Positions 36,316 to 37,574 of a stretch of DNA of 37,574 bases are shown in pieces. The notes beneath the pieces are model-generated. The model ran no database searches, was not told the DNA's origin, and saw nothing but the letters and a program-made list of their open reading frames with translations. Source of the stretch: Bdellovibrionales bacterium (GTDB lineage: Bacteria > Bdellovibrionota > Bdellovibrionia > Bdellovibrionales > UBA840); NCBI GenBank assembly GCA_037969075.1, contig JBBKWS010000058.1, positions 1-37,574 of the forward strand. The letters run 5' to 3'. Position numbers and translations under genes: made by a program. Numbering within the stretch: the stretch's first letter is position 1; each line of letters begins with the position of its first letter.

Positions 36316-37421
36316 AACCTATCAACATCATAATCAATAGGCGTGGTATCCGCGTCAGCTTCTACAGTAAATGAAATACGACCGATCTCTCTCCCATCTC
36401 CTGTACTAATAATTACTTTCCAATCACCTAGTTGATAGTTTTTCTTGACCCCGTAGCCTCTAAAGCCCTCGGCCCTTCCGCCGCTAATAGTAAGAGGAAT
36501 CGCGTCCCACTTTACCCAGCCTTGTTTGGGATCATCAAAATACCAATTAATAAGAATGCGGTCCCTAATACTAATCGGCGAAAATATTGTGGCAAATGCT
36601 ATGACCTCATCCCCTGGACGGGCCAAAAAGGTTTGCGCACCATTTTGCCAGAATTTCCAACTGGGTCTATGATAAGACAATAAGTACTCTCCATTTACCT
36701 TTTCGACCTTATGGTAAATGCCAATATACTGCAGGGAAAGCGGCACAGGAGGTACCAAGCCTAAGCCGTATAAATTTGTGTACATAATAAAAGTAATAAG
36801 CGCTGGATACATAAAGACAAACTTTATTTTTTTAACAAGCTCATCTGGTTGCCCTCGCTTGATAAGCACAAACATTCCATAAGTAACAAGAAGTCCCAAA
36901 ATCATAGACAGTAAAAATGGTACCCAGCTAACCACTCCAAATACTAGAGGCAAATACACAGCAAAAAAACTTCCCACACAAAGAGAAAATAAAACCGTTC
37001 TAAGGCGTAAGCCTAAGTTTTGCATATAAGGAATTTCATTTAAAACCAAAAGTCCCACAATAATTAATATAAAGACAAATGATGCTAATAAAGACGCGCT
37101 TTTTAAAAAAAACAGCGTGTACACACTCAATAAGCTTCCCAATAAAAAGTGCACAATCAGAACTTTATACTTCCATACTTTTTTAAAGCGTTCTGAAAAA
37201 AGAGTCCCTAACACGTCTTCTTTAACTTCAAGAAGCAAAAACACTCCTAATAGGGTTAAGTAGACAGCTTGTTGTGTGATATTCAAAAAATCGTCTACAT
37301 TGCCAAGAGTAAAGATATCAAAAAAGAAACCACTAAAAAAAACACTTATATCAAAATATTTTTGATGCTTTTCGTAATATGACTTTGCCCTTTGGACTCT
37401 ATCCCCTAATACCATAATCAA
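36312..37421 (-). CDS. DUF2914 domain membrane protein
   Basis: GFFFDIFTL, multiple TM segments, PPVPLSL, GGRAEGFRGY, GDWKV...DGREIGRI. Confidence 0.8.
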   Translation of the reverse strand: MIMVLGDRVQRAKSYYEKHQKYFDISVFFSGFFFDIFTLGNVDDFLNITQQAVYLTLLGVFLLLEVKEDVLGTLFSERFKKVWKYKVLIVHFLLGSLLSVYTLFFLKSASLLASFVFILIIVGLLVLNEIPYMQNLGLRLRTVLFSLCVGSFFAVYLPLVFGVVSWVPFLLSMILGLLVTYGMFVLIKRGQPDELVKKIKFVFMYPALITFIMYTNLYGLGLVPPVPLSLQYIGIYHKVEKVNGEYLLSYHRPSWKFWQNGAQTFLARPGDEVIAFATIFSPISIRDRILINWYFDDPKQGWVKWDAIPLTISGGRAEGFRGYGVKKNYQLGDWKVIISTGDGREIGRISFTVEADADTTPIDYDVDRF

Positions 37422-37547
37422 CCTCTATATATTGTATATAGTATGAAGAACTTAGGTCGAAAGGGAAATGATTTTCTAAAATGCATATACCGCAATTCAA
37501 AAGAGCGTCCTTGCGTTGTATTTAGATTACAGGTAAGCCTAAAAGCG

Positions 37548-37574
37548 ATGAAACTATATTTGGCACCTATGGAC
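37548..37574 (+). CDS. 5' end of probable tRNA-dihydrouridine synthase (partial)
   Basis: ATG 37548 reads MKLYLAPMD, matching the Dus N-terminal LAPM motif; only nine codons are visible. Confidence 0.5.

Noticed and set aside
435..36683. Other short ORFs in the track nested in or antisense to recognised genes
   Set aside because: They overlap well-supported genes and have no recognisable motifs or SD sites.

Overview
AT-rich, gene-dense bacterial chromosome segment. Gene content and order point to a Bdellovibrionota/Oligoflexia-like organism (inferred, not searched). In order it holds: the 3' end of gspE and a type II secretion operon (gspF-G-H-I-J-K-L-M-N); an orphan secreted protein; ssb; a 670-aa secreted Ig-like + Cys-repeat + Pro/Arg tandem-repeat protein behind a sigma54-type promoter; a minus-strand block mutL-miaA-aspartoacylase-bcp-rpmG-lysA (rpmG is missing from the ORF track); outer-membrane/Yip1 genes; a DUF1640-like gene with a sigma54 promoter and an upstream palindrome; dut, GNAT, pyrD, gloB, thioesterase and ppiD; mreC-mreD-mrdA-rodA without mreB; a five-gene metal-related module; an S8 protease, an alpha/beta hydrolase, a DUF2914 protein and the start of a probable Dus gene. 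The best candidate for an undescribed system is 31289-33733. There an ECF sigma factor and a Cys/His membrane anti-sigma candidate are divergent from a beta-barrel + MerP-like + MerT-like operon, with no MerR or MerA in the window. A 16-bp perfect palindrome appears to supply the -35 boxes of two back-to-back TGTCACA-N15/16-CGTA promoters. Two intergenic hairpins about 20 kb apart also share an 11-nt loop (10/11 identical) despite unrelated stems. I recognised no rRNA, tRNA, CRISPR array or transposase. All family calls come from motif recognition; no database searches were run.
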